Source: Camelus ferus
Lineage: Eukaryota
Direction: 5' to 3'
Length of the DNA stretch: 64,000 nucleotides
NCBI RefSeq assembly: GCF_009834535.1
Contig: NC_045696.1
Span: 119,228,001-119,292,000, forward strand
This document shows, one piece after another, positions 11,719 through 24,190 of this stretch (positions are counted from its first letter, which is position 1; each line of letters starts with the position of its first letter). The position numbers and the translations under genes were made by a program. The notes under the pieces were generated by a model, which saw only the letters and a program-made list of their open reading frames with translations, was not told the origin of the DNA and searched no databases.

Positions 11719-14317
11719 GTAAAAGGTATTTTCGTTGATATAACCGAGGAAGAGGAGATTCTGTTCTTGGCGGCAAGGTCCGTAACCTCCCTTGGTGCAG
11801 GGAGGCCTTCCCTGGTGCCCACAGAGTTCCTTGAAGCCCGGGGTTGTTGGATCTCCTGTTGGAGATGCACTGTCAGACACCAGGCACGTACTTGGAGCAG
11901 CTGTTACAGCCCTTGCTCATTGACGGGGGGTGGGGGGTGCAGGGAGGAGCCCTGTACCTCCTGCTTCCTGCAGGGTCACCCCATCGCCCATTCCAGGTTG
12001 TGCAACAGCATCCTCTTTTATGGGTCCAGAGAGGCTCTCTGTGACCGTGTGAGGTTTTAACTATGTCCCTGGGAACCTGAAGGTTAGTTATACTAACATC
12101 TTAGAGCCGAGCAGGGAGGGGCCCTGGGCACTGGTACCCAGGCACTCCCTGCCGTGGAAGAATTGGGGCTTCAAAAGCAAAGTTTTCTCTTTGGCTCCTT
12201 CTGGCTGTGTGTGTCGGGGGCCAGCTGAGCCCGAGGGGAGGACACCTTGAACCTGAAATTTCACACTGCCCTGCATTGTCTCTCTGGCCCTTACGGCTTT
12301 GGCATTCAAGGCTGTGTTATCGCCTCCTCCCCTCCCCCCATCCCATTCTCCAACCCTGAGTCCCCCAGACACAGATAATTTATGCAGTTTTTCTTCCACC
12401 TCGACTGGAGTGTTGGAAATGCTGTTCTCCCCTCCCTGGGCTTGAGCTGCATGAAACCCAGCCTTCCTTCCTTGAAGACAGAACATGAAATTTCCCCTGG
12501 CACGTGCAGCAGTGAAGCCGGCGCTCAGGCTGGGATGTCCCCACTGCAGGGCCTCCCACACCCCGGGCCCCGGGCACGGCTGCCAATTTCTCGGAACGAA
12601 ATGCATTTAAACCCACTCAGAACCCAAACACGATTTTGCCCTTCTGCTTCCGATGGGCGGAGAGCGCGGTCTGGCAGGAAGGCTTACAGAGTTAAGGCGT
12701 CTCTGCTCTGGAAAAGCCGGTTTCCGTCGGCCAGGGATGCGTATGTTCTTTTCCCAGAATTTAAAAAAAAAAAAAAAAAAGCAGCTAATCATCATTATAA
12801 AAGGAACCTATTTTGAGTAAGATAATGAGTGTCCTTACAGGTCAACCTGGCAGAGCTGGGAAGCACATCTTTAAGCTGTTTGCCATCTGGAAGAGCACCC
12901 GTCTTTACTCTGAGAGACATTTGTGCTTCAGACTGTTTTCCACAGGATCGTAAAACGCACGAGAACTTTATCCCATAAACAAGGTGATGGTTAGCCTGGA
13001 GCATACAGGAAAGGCTCCATCTTCTATTTTCAGTCTTGACCTCTCAGGGCCTGGAAGGACCTCTGCTCATGTGCCCCCCAGGGGGCTCCTCCCTTCAGAG
13101 GGACCAGGGGTCCTGGTGGGGAGGCCGGCCCTTGGGTCCTGGGGCAGAGATGATGGGGCATCACGTGAGGAGCAGCTCCTGTGCGGGTCTCAGCGGCTCC
13201 CACTGAGCAACCATCTGGTCCGACAACCCAGTAAAGTAGGCGCAGTGGTCCTGCCTGTGTCCCAGCCATGGACACTGAGGCCCAGAACAATTACATCATG
13301 GCCACGGGTCCCAGCTAGCAAGGGGCAAGAGTGGTCAGAAGGAAGAGGATGTAGGTGGGGAGAGGGGGCATGAGGAGGAGAGAAGAGAGGTAGCCAGGCC
13401 AGTAGAGGGGGCTGGTCCCTGGTGGCCCTCAGGGAGATGGGGTGCAGGGTCACCCTTAGGGAAGTCTCGGGCCCTGGGCAAATGATCCCAGGCGGTGGTC
13501 AGACAGCAGGACGGACGGGCCCACAGACACTGCAGCCAGTGAGATGGAGGCCAGGATCTGCGGCTGGGCAGGGGACCCTCTGCTGCTGCTGAGGGTTGGA
13601 CAGTACCAGGAGTCGGTGAGGGTAAGGCAAAGCTGGCTGCCCACCTTCTAAAGACCCACCTCGGGGGGCTTCTGGGCCTGTAGGGTCCCTGCGGCCACCA
13701 CCGGCCCTCCTGGCCCTGTGCTCACCTCCCTTTGTCCCCTAGGCCTGTCCTTGCCCTGCCTTCCTCTTGTTCTGCCTTTGTGCCCCCACCTGGCTCTGCC
13801 CTCCCTCGGCCTGGCCCTTGGCCCCTGTCCGGACTCCCCTCACCCCCCAGCCCCCAGCCCTCAGTCCCCCCTCCCCCTCTCCTAGCACAGGAATCCTCCC
13901 GCCTCCGGCAGTACTGTCTCTCCTCAGCCCATGTTCAGATGTTCTCCGCTGTTTCACAGATGTCCTTTGCAGCAAGTTGTCCAGACCAGAATCCAACCCA
14001 GCAATAGGCACTGCGTAGGGCAACCATATCCTCCCTTCTCTTTTATCTACAAGAGTCATTCATTCTTCATGACCCCGACTGCTTGAAATCAACCTCACCT
14101 CTTATCTGCAGAGTGTCCTGCATTCTGGGCTGGTCTGGTCAGTGCCTCCCCAGGTTGGCGTATTTCTCCAGCCTCTGTCTCCTATAGACTGGAATTGAGT
14201 TCTAAGGCCTTGATACGTTCAGCATTTTAGGACTAGAATACCTTCCAGAAGATGCTGTGTTGCACATGCTGGGTCCTATCAGGAGACACGTGTACCTGGG
14301 TGTCTCTCTTTGCCTAC

Positions 14318-14414
14318 CTTTTTTTTTTTTTTTTTTAAATGGAGGTGCTGGGGATTGAACCCAGGACCTCGTGCGTGCTAAGCACACACTCTACCCCTAA
14401 GCTATACCCTCCCC
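14318..14414 (-). mobile_element. Camelid tRNA-derived SINE, short-tail form
   Basis: Poly-T followed by aatggaggtgctggggattgaacccaggacc...gctataccctcccc. Confidence 0.93.
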
Positions 14415-15029
14415 ACTCCTTGTGTACCTTTGTAAAGATTAGGTTTCCCTCAAACTCTCTCTGATGTCCCAGCTGCATGTAAATCCAAATACCATTTGGT
14501 ATTTATACCACCTTTTTTGATGCGTAGCGTAAATGAAAGTATCTTTATTTGCAGAATACATATGTAAAAGCCATGCACATCGCTCAAATAAGTACACATA
14601 GGACACATATTTTATGCAGACATATTTGCAAACCCTGCTGGGCCTGCTGCCTGTACCTGTTAGTGTCCCAGTGCCTGTACACAGAAGTGCACTGTATACA
14701 GAAGGCACCCAGTAAAGGTTTCTGAATGATGCTCAATAATGCCATAGTGAGGGAGGGGAAGCTGGTGTTGGGGTGTGCAGCACCAGGCCCCTGCAGATTT
14801 GGGGAGCAGGGGCGAATGAGGTTCCAGGTGGTTCACGGCCACAACCTTGGCACACCGTGGTCTCTGGGCACATTGGCCCAGTGGGGACAGTCGTGGCTTC
14901 TATTTCAGGGGAACCACTTAGTAATTAATGTAAGGGGTAGATTTCACTTAGGCAGTTAAATCATTTTTTCTTCCGTCCGTGGCACGTCTTTAAGTCAGCT
15001 CTTGCCTGTGATCTAGTGCGCGTTCAGAA

Positions 15030-15340
15030 ACCTGTGCGGATCCTAAGGGTACACAGCTCAGTGGATTTTCACAAGGTAGGCACACCTGTGCAGCCAGCAC
15101 CAGACTGAGAAACAGAACACGCCAGCCCCATCAGAGTCGCCCTCACAGCCCTCACTGTCCCTCTCCCCGAGGGCGACCACAGCGCTGACCCGGAGCATCA
15201 TAATTAAGGCGTGAACTTTATGTGAGTGGAGCCTTCCTTTCTTGTATTTGGCTTTTTCCCCCTCATTCTCTTTGTAATATTCATCCACCTTTTCCCATGT
15301 CATTGTGGATCGTTCTTCCTCACGGCTCTATACCATCCCT
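15030..15340 (-). mobile_element. Old L1 (L1M-type) 3' UTR remnant
   Basis: gtacacagctcagtggattttcacaag..cacctgtgcagccagcaccaga pattern typical of antisense old L1 3' ends. Confidence 0.55.
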
Positions 15341-18110
15341 TGTGTGATATACATGGCTTATCCGTTTACACGCGTAACTTTGTTCTTTTGGGGCCCCATG
15401 CAGGAAGGCATGGCATCTGCACAGATTTGGCCCCAAACAGAAGCCATAAGGCCACCTCACTGCAAATCCACTGAGATGCCACGCAAACCACGAAGGCAGG
15501 AAGTGCTGCCCAGTGGTCAGAGCACACCGCCTCCACCAGGCTGGACACCTGGGCTGCTCATCGCCGGGCCCGTTGTTCTGGTGATTTGATAAAATCTCTC
15601 TCAGCTGTTGAAAGAACATACTCAGCTGTTAAAAGAACGTAGGCTTTGGAACCAAAGAAACCACATTTCAGATGGAGATTGGCCGTGGTGTTCACTTGAA
15701 CGTGGACACGTGATTTCACTCCTGTGACTGGCATTTTCTCACCCACTAAGGGGGAACGATAACCTTTGCAGAACTGGGGGGAGGTTGCGATGAGAAACCA
15801 CGAACCATGCCTGGCGTGGGCCTCGTAGCCGGCAAGCACCAAATCGGGGCGTGTCCTCCCCATCTGGTGGATTAAATGACACTGAATTTGCAGGCGAACC
15901 TTTACTGGGATTGGAACGGAGTATCACCTCCTCTGGCTTATTCACCATGTCAAACAAGGAGTGCAGGAGGGAGGGCAGGCCAGGAGCAGCCGTGAGGGCT
16001 GCAGAATCGGGAGGGGCAGCAAGCCTGCTCCCTTCTTTTGGCAGATTAGCCTGTGACGTGATGGGGGAGACACACGGCCTCATCACCCTGGTTGGTCGAT
16101 TGCCTTCGCAATGTGGTTGCACGTCTGTGTAATAACATGTGGGATCAGATCACGGCTGGTGCACACCAATGCTGGAACCCAGCGAGTGGGGTGAGCACCG
16201 TGCTGGTGGGGGAAAAGGGTGTTCAGGGGCCAAGGACATGTGTTATTCCAGCGACCCCCAGCATGGGCAATTTAGACCATCCTAGCTTTGTGAAAGAACA
16301 GTAGCATTTTCCAATAGACCGCACACAGCGACCACTTGTCATGGCGTGAGGGTTTCAGGTTGGACTTGGGAAAAAGAGCAGCTCACCTAGGGTGAGTCTT
16401 GAAGGCCAGCTTGCTAGACGGAATCTCCCTGTGCCAGGGGCTGTGGTTGCCCCACGGAAGTTACCTCTTGGGATAATGGGACAGATTGCCTTTTCCCACA
16501 TCCTTCTTGTAACTCAGAAGCTCAGAAAGTTAAGGTGGCCTTTTGCCAAAAGCCTGGCATCAAATATTTATACAATGCCAGGGCAGGATAGCTTTCTGTG
16601 CACAGTAGGGGAGCATCTTTCCCTTCATGAAAAATGCAGTGATAATGAGCGTTATCCGTGGATGGAGAGTGGGTTCACCTTTTTGCACAGGGAGCTGCCC
16701 TCTCGGAGGGACTTACCCATACCAGCTCGGAGCACGTTACAGCAGGCCCGACCCCAGAAGGTGATGAGGAGATGGGTAGTGGACAGGACCGTCAAAACAA
16801 GGGGCTCTTTAAAAGCCTGGCTGTCTGCTCTCTGTGGTTCATGGACTATTTTTGCTGTTGCAGATGACCAGGTTTTGACAGCCCTTCTGAACTGGCTCGG
16901 CAGTTAAGTGGGTGAATCAGCACTCTGGGTTCAGAGTAACAGAGCCGTGGGCTGAGAGGCTGGAGGCAGGCTCTGAGGGAGGAGGATGGTAAATTAGGAC
17001 CTGGTTTGTTCCTACTTCACATCCCCGAGCCTGGACCATGCAGCCCTCCCCCTGGGCCTGTGACTCAGGGGAGGGGGACAGGGAAAGGAAGGGATGCCAG
17101 GCGGAGGGCAGGAAGGGAAGTCCGGATGGGCTATATCATCGTCTCCTTCACCGTTCTGGACCTCAGCTCTTCTGCTGAGTGCTGATACGCTCATCAGGTT
17201 GGGCTCGCTGATACTTAGAGCACGTGGTCGGCACGTTTAAAGGGCCTGGAGGCTTTCCATTAAGAAGAGCTGTAGGCAGGCTTTGGAAATTGGGTATAAC
17301 ATGTTTTTGTAAAAGCCTTGAAGAAATTTGTGCTGTGTTGATATAATACTGAAGGAATCAGTGAGTATCTTCGGGTCCCAGGCATCCCAGGTCAGGACTT
17401 GGGAAAGCTTTATTCAGAGGGGTTCCAGAGGGCATTCCTACAGTGGCAGACTCACTCCAGTCGGTCCTGTGTCACCCAGAACTCTGAATGTGAGCTGGAC
17501 TAGGGTCCATGCTTGTCCTGGACCCCAAGATATGTATAATGTGACTCAGCCAAAGAGAAGTTTCTTCTTCCCTGGTCACCTACGTAAAATGTCTTAGGAG
17601 AGTATTGCACAGACACCTGGGGGAAACTTTTTAGCCGAGTAGACGAGAGAGGCCAGCTTAGTACTTTTGCAAAGGCTGTTTCATAACAAACTCTCCATAT
17701 AGGAAACAAATTTTTAAATGGAGCATAATATTGATTAACCCACAGGGATCTGACTTGAAGTGGAGTGTCGTCTGGTCGGGGAGGAGTAATATCAGGGTGG
17801 GACTACTGTGCTCCAGGAATTCTGCTCACAGCAGTGGTTTGTCAAGCTGGTCAGGCCCCTCTGTTATTCTGGATTGATCAGATCTGCAATGATCAGGAAT
17901 ATCCTGAGGCTAAAGCAAAGTTCACTGATCTCATGTTTCTTAGGTTTGGGTTGGACGTTGTATCAGCCAGCTACTGCCACAGTCGTGCTGTGTAACAAAC
18001 CACTCTAGAGCTCATTGGCTTAAAACAGTAATAATTTATTCTTGCCTATTTGCGGGTTGGCAAGAACGGCTCCATTGAGGCAGCTCTGCTAATATATATA
18101 TATATACACA

Positions 18111-18178
18111 TTTTTTTTAATGGAGGTACTGGGGATTGAACCCAGGACCTCGTGCATGCTAAGCATGCACTTTACTGG
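18111..18178 (-). mobile_element. Camelid tRNA-derived SINE, 5'-truncated
   Basis: ttttaatggaggtactggggattgaacccaggacctcgtgcatgctaagcatgcac. The A-box end is missing. Confidence 0.85.
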
Positions 18179-18394
18179 CTAATGAGGTCTTTTGGAAGAC
18201 AGAAGCTAAGGACCGCTGTGGGTTTTTATCTGTTGGTCTTTTTCTTAGTGACTTCTGGAAAATGGGGACAGTTCCTGAACTCCAGCATGACTCAAGGGGC
18301 TTTCTGAATTGGTCACTTTTCTATTCCTGATAAAGAAAAGATCACATTGATGTGCGAATTGGTCTTTTAAAATAAAAATAGTACTTCCTTAATC

Positions 18395-19428
18395 ATGTCC
18401 CATCACAAAACACCATGGATGGGCTGGCTTAAATGAGAGACATTTATTTTCTTGTGGTTCAGGAGGCTGGACATCTGTGATCAGGGTGCTGGCAAGTTTG
18501 GTTTTGGGGGAGGCCCCATTTCCTTGCTTGCAGACTGCCACTTTCTCTGCGTCCTCACATGGCCTTTCTTTTGTGCGAGGTCAGGGGTGGGGACTCGTTG
18601 GGGGTGCCCTGGTGTCTCTTTTTCTTCTTTTAAGGACATCAGTCCTGTTGGTCCTGGGCCCACCCTCATGACCTCACTGAACCTTAATTACCCTCCGAAA
18701 GGCCCTATCTCCAAATGTAGTTGATGCAGGAAAAACGGATGTGGGGGCGTGAGAAGGGCCGTGTCCCAGGCTTCAGTTGAGACCCTGGGATGTACCCCGC
18801 CAAGTGAGGGTCCTTGGCTTCACACCAGAAAGAATTCAGGAGCGAGCCACAGTTGAGTGAAGGTAGATTTATTCAGAGAGATACATTGGAAGGCAAGAGA
18901 AAGGCCACGAGGTGTGGGGGTTGGGTGCTCAGATTAAAAGTACGTACACACTCCATAGACAGTGTGGGCTGTCTCCAAATGGGGGTTGGGGGAGGCAGTG
19001 GCCGTGAGGGCAGAGTTGCCCATTTTTATGGGCTTGGTGGCTTCATATGCAAATAAGTAGAAGGACCAGTCTAACTAGCCTGGGGAAGGGGCTGGGATTC
19101 CCAGGAAGCTGGCCATTTCTCACTCTTTGACCATTTGTGGCTAGCCTTGGGACTGCCATGGCAGCTGTAGGCAAGTTTTCATCATGCTAACATATTACAA
19201 TAAGCATATAATGAAGCTCAAGGCCTACTAGAAGTTAAATCTCCCATCATCTTGAGCCTCAAGGCCTCCTGGGGGTTGAATCTTTCACCATTTTGATGTT
19301 AATTGCTGTAGCATTCCTTGAAAGGCTGTGCCCTGCCCCCTTCCGGTCTCATAGTCACTTCAGAAGTTAGAGCCTCTACGTTTGAGTTGGGGGTGGTGGG
19401 GTTGGGACATAGTTCAGGCCAGAACAGT
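18395..19428. mobile_element. MLT1-type MaLR LTR, split by a younger LTR at 18722-19351
   Basis: ggcttaaa..atttatt..ggaggctgga..ggccctatctccaaatgtagt, resuming as cacttcagaagttagagc..gacatagttcaggccagaaca after the insert. Confidence 0.75.
18722..19351 (-). mobile_element. ERV1-type solo LTR (630 bp)
   Basis: Starts TG and ends CA. 4-bp TSD TAGT at 18718-18721 and 19352-19355. Minus-strand AATAAA at 18868-18873 and TATA-like CATAAAAA near 19023-19030. Confidence 0.85.
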
Positions 19429-20319
19429 GTGACTGAGTGGCGGTTTGTAGAAAACAGTCTAGGGGCCAGGAGGGATTGTCTGTCCACAGTCCCCTTTCAC
19501 AGATAGCAGCCCGAGCCCCTGAGACGGGCACATCCCTTTTCGGGCAGAGCATGGGCCCAAAGCACCTGCTTCCGAATCCAGGCCTCTTTCCCACAATCTC
19601 TTATCTAAGTGAATCTAGGGGATTTAGTAGGAGCCATTAAACAAACAAACAAAAAAAGTGTCTCCTTTAAAGTCTTCTTCAGGGGCAAGGACCCTCTTGT
19701 ATTTTTCTTGATACCCTCATTGCCTGAGACGGTTCTTTTGAATTGTACAAAACTCAGAACCTTACCATTCACAATAGCAATGTCCAGGGAAACCCTTTCC
19801 CCAGATTTCACCTCCTGACAAGAGCTGCCTAAAGTTCTGCGTTACAGACCCACGTCCCCCAGACATCAGCACATCTGGACTGCGTCTGGGAGCCCAGATC
19901 TGCTGCATGACATCTGTCCCCCCTTAAAAATGATTTCTCTCACCTCAACACAGTCTTCCTCTAAAAACTGTCTCTCCATGACTGCATTTTACCCTGAATA
20001 AGTTCCCCCCGGGTGTATCCTGACGTTGGAGCGTGAAAAAGGAAGGTAACCGCGTGAAATCAAATGGTGATTGCTAACAATGAAATTTGGGCTCATAAAA
20101 TCAAGGATATTATTCAGAGCTGCGAGGTAAATTAGTCTCATTCATTCTGATAGGGGCTAGACTCTATGGCTGTGTGTGCCTTCTTTAATTAACATGCTGA
20201 AAAGATGTTCTGATTGGGATTATTAATGAATGCAGTGAACATTTTTGCTTCTTGTAAGGCCACAGACGGTTTACAGAATTCTCCCTCCCCCTCCCTCCCG
20301 CCTTTTCTTTTTTCCACAG

Positions 20320-20435
20320 ATTCCTTACACGGCTTGACAGATGGAGTATTCATCTTTGAAGCTGTTTCCGCAGAAGATAGCAGAGCCGTGCAGGGCTACG
20401 ACGCTATTGTTGTGGAACAGTGGACGGTCCTGGAA
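20320..20435 (+). CDS. RFTN1: Raftlin coding exon (probably exon 7), DSLHGLTDGVFIFEAV...EQWTVLE
   Basis: Strong pyrimidine tract ending tttccacag|AT and donor GAA|gtaagt. 116 nt, phase 1 to 0. Confidence 0.97.
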
Positions 20436-22081
20436 GTAAGTGTGGGACTGGCAGCTGGGCCGTTCTTGTTTGGACAGTGATTGTTTTATCGTCTTCTTCC
20501 CTCTGAGCCTGGCTGCTGTTGAACGTGGCTTTCCCCTGACCTCCCTAGACCCTGCGAGGACCCCTTTCATCCTTCTCGCCCCTCCTGTGTCAACCCCCCG
20601 CCCGCCAAGTCGGGGAGTGAACCCCACTTTTCCCTTTCTGTAGGGGAAAAAACACACTGTGTGTGCCAGACCATTGTGTAGAAAGATTCTTCTTTTGTTC
20701 ATTTAAAAGCTCTGAGGGACACAAGTGAGGCAGACACGTAGTTTGTGGCCTCCGTAATCACAAAAGCAGCATTATTATTGGAGCTAGACTCCAAGGCACC
20801 CCTGCCAGGCATCCTGAGAAAAAATCTACCTGCACATGGGCTTTTCCCCTTCCCGATGGGCCTATGAGTAAGTGCCCCCATTTTATAGATGAGGAAACTG
20901 AGGCATTGGAGGGGTTAGGTCCCCGACCCATTAAGTGCTGAAGGGTGTCTGTAAGAAGTGTTGATCTGCGAGGCCACCTAATTGCTGTGAGTGGAGGAAT
21001 TCCTCAAACCTTGTGACACTCTGCTGGGATTTGGGAAGGGCCGAATTCTTTCCAAGGTTTGCCAGTGTGCGTTGAAGTGCATTTCTCCAGCTGTGGACAC
21101 GTGGACTTGTTAGACTAGTCTTTTGTACACCCTGGCATCTGGGAGGTAAAGGGAGCAGCCATTGGAAGGCTGTATGTTCTTGAGGAAGCCTTGGGAGAAA
21201 CACAGGGCTGGTGTCACTCCGAGGGTGGACCCCAGTCTCTGTGCCCAAGGGAGACAGATGAGGACTGCAGCTCTTTGTGGAGAGGGTGGGATGCTGGGAC
21301 CCACCAGACAGCAGATGCTCCCACATCCTTGCAGCCTGCGGCCAGGCCCTCGCCTCGGGCCGGGGGGCACCCCACAGACACCGTTCCCAGCAGGCCTAAA
21401 GTGGGGAGCAGGGCTGTTGGGTGCAGTCTGCATCTGAGCAGGGATGGGAAAGAGCTGCTTGCAAATGAGACAGAACAGAGTCCACAAAAAAACTCTGAAA
21501 CAGGAGTTGCAAACACACAGCATCTGGGGCCAGTTAGGTTAGGGGCCAGGAGTGCCACGGGCATGTGAAGTAAAGACAGTCAGGAGGTGGTGACCTGATT
21601 TGCACCCCCCGATCCTGGTCCTCTAACTGGAAATGGGGTGCGGAAGAAGTGAGGTACTGTCAAAAGGCAGTCAAGGGTGGGCGGGTCACCCCCCACCCCC
21701 TACTCCCATCAGGACCCTAAATTCCTCAGCTGTGAGATGGGGGTGGTCCGTTCACCTCTGCCCGCAGTGGCTGGCGGAGGGTGGTCCCCGGTGATGGGAC
21801 ACAGAAGGTCATCTATGCAGGGCTGCGGCCCTAAGGACCCGAGCAAGCAGGCCTGTGCTTGCTGCCCTGCCCCCACCTGCCACGGTGTGCAGTTTGCCCT
21901 GTGACCCGCGGCTGCATCAGCGACACCAGAAACGTGGTTTCTTGAACACGCAATGGGCAGGCCACAGGGATGTGTGTCCAGTCCCTTGCTGTCTGCACAG
22001 TAAAATGGCTGTGGAAGGCGGACTTTATGGTTTCCACAGGAAACATGACTTCATGGCAGTGATCGAGAATCATCTAAGAAG

Positions 22082-22262
22082 GTGATTCTCCAAGTGTGGT
22101 CCCAGGACCAGCAGCAGGACCTGGGGAGCTGCTAGAAATGCAGATTCCTGGGCCCTGCCCTGGGGCTGCGGAATCGGAAGCCCTGGAGGTGGGCCCAGCC
22201 GTCTGGGTGTTAACAAGCCCTCTGGGGGGTTCTGAAGCTCCCTCAGTTTTAAGAACCAGTGT
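22082..22262. mobile_element. MER5A-like hAT element
   Basis: ttctccaagtgtggtccc..gctagaaatgcagattcctgggccc..taacaagccctc..tttaagaaccagtg. Confidence 0.8.
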
Positions 22263-22789
22263 CTGAAGGAGTGGTGTAGACACTGCTTTCACCAGATGTT
22301 TGTGTGGTTGTGTGAACCTGAGGGGAGAGCACCCCCACTGACTTGTCTTTCTTCTGCCTTTAAAATACTGAAATTTTAAAATGTGACCTGGATGGGGAAA
22401 CTGGAGTGAATACCTGCCATATAAAATGTCTTTGGAGGGGGTGGGGGGACGTGGTTACGGACTAAAGTAAGGACACAGTTGTCTTTTTATTTCAAAAAGA
22501 AGTCAATTTTCCGAGTTAGGAAGTTAGAATGGGAAAGACTCAGATTTATTTGGAAACTTTTCCTGGATATGCAGATTGGTTTCCATAAGGTTTATTTGCC
22601 GATTTTATTTCTTCCACAGATGTTTGTACTTTTTCCCTCTTGACCTCTTAGTTTTGTGTGTTGATCTGTTGGGTGATATTAGTTTCGGGTCCTCCCTGAC
22701 ACAAACACGCACTTCAGGAATGCGTTGGCGTTTCCCCTGGAATCCTGGGGAATGAAATAGGGTTTTCACCACCTGTGATGGGCCCAGGT

Positions 22790-22978
22790 TATGCACCGGC
22801 CCACCAAGCCAACTCTGTGTGTCACTTCCAAACTGCTCGTGCAGGGCCAGATTCAGTCGCATCGGTAGCTTGAAATTGGCCGTGGCGGAAGTATTACACC
22901 GTTGAAATTGGCAAATGCTAGAAATTAGGGCTTTCCCCCCTGGAGAGCCTGTTGTAAGCCTTGGCCAGCACACCACTG
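22790..22978. mobile_element. MER63-like hAT element
   Basis: ggtagcttgaaattggccgtgg..gaaattggcaaatgcta..ggagagcc..ccagcacaccactg end. Confidence 0.6.
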
Positions 22979-24142
22979 GATAGACCTTTCTTTCTTCACA
23001 TCTCAACACTGTGATGTACAGGTGTGACTAGCATCCAGTTAGGTGGAAACAGATTCTAATTTTCATCTGGTGATGGTCTGGATGTTGTGGTTCACCCGTT
23101 TTCCCTGCACAAGTCTTCAGACTTGCTTTTCCCTCTGGTACGCTTCGGAGTGTCCCCCAAATCAGTGGACAGTGACCCCCTCCTCCATCCCTTTTAGTAG
23201 CATCAACCTCTCAAAGGCAAAAGGAGAAGTGACCTCTTCTGGACAGATGGTACCCCTGGGTGTGTGGGTTTCTCTTCCTCTTTGCAGATGGTGTAGGCAG
23301 CCTTCAGGGGTCAGTTTACAGGTCACCTCCTCCAGGAAGCCTTTCAGACTCCTTTGGGGTGAAAGACTCGTCGTCTGCGTTCCCACGATTCTCTGTGCAT
23401 CAGCCTATTAGGGCTTCTTTTTACTCATCCTTATTTATTTATCCACTTCCCTCCTTTCACGGTGAGCTTCTCGGCGCGGGGGTGGTCTTCTTTGTTTTTT
23501 CAAGACACCCAGGAAGTGCTTCCTGAAGTGGGTGAAGGCCTTGTGGGTCAGCCCAAGGGCAGACCAGCGTCTCTCAGAGGTGAGGATCAGGGTCACCTGG
23601 AGAGCTTTTGAAAGCATAGATGTCCAGGCTTTTCCCCCAGAGTTTCCTGTGCAGCCCGTGGTGAGAAGCCCTGCCTTCAAGGAACCACGTGTCTGCAGCT
23701 GTCACCAGCACAGCCCAGCGGTGTCCAGTCGGGGATGGGCTTGCCACTGGCTCAGCTGTGGGAAGAGGCTCTGTTAGACCCCTGCCCCGACCCCCAGACA
23801 GCCCTCCCTGCACGTCCCTCCCTCCGGGTGTGTCTGCCCAGCTCCCTCACATCCATCCTCCAGGCCCAGCCACTTCCTCTCTTCCCCACCCTTCTGGCCT
23901 CCGGGGAAGGTCTTTCCCGTTCAAGCCCCAGGCAGGTCCCTCCTGACTTGCAGTTGACCCTGCTTTTCCGACAACCCCTGTCCTCCCGGAGCCTCCCGGA
24001 GCTCTGACCACAAAATCGTTCTGATCAGCTTTTTCTCTTTTCTCACGGTTCCCCCTCTTTCCTCATGTGCACATTAATATCTTCAGCTCTCTGTGCAGAC
24101 GCGCTGTTGGGATTCAGCCACGTCTTCCTGGCTTCCCTCTCT

Positions 24143-24190
24143 GTGCGCGCACGCACGCACACACACACACGCGCGCGCACACACACACAC
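24143..24190. repeat. Mixed (CA)n/(CG)n alternating purine-pyrimidine tract
   Basis: tgtgcgcgcacgcacgcacacacacacacgcgcgcgcacacacacacac. Confidence 0.95.
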
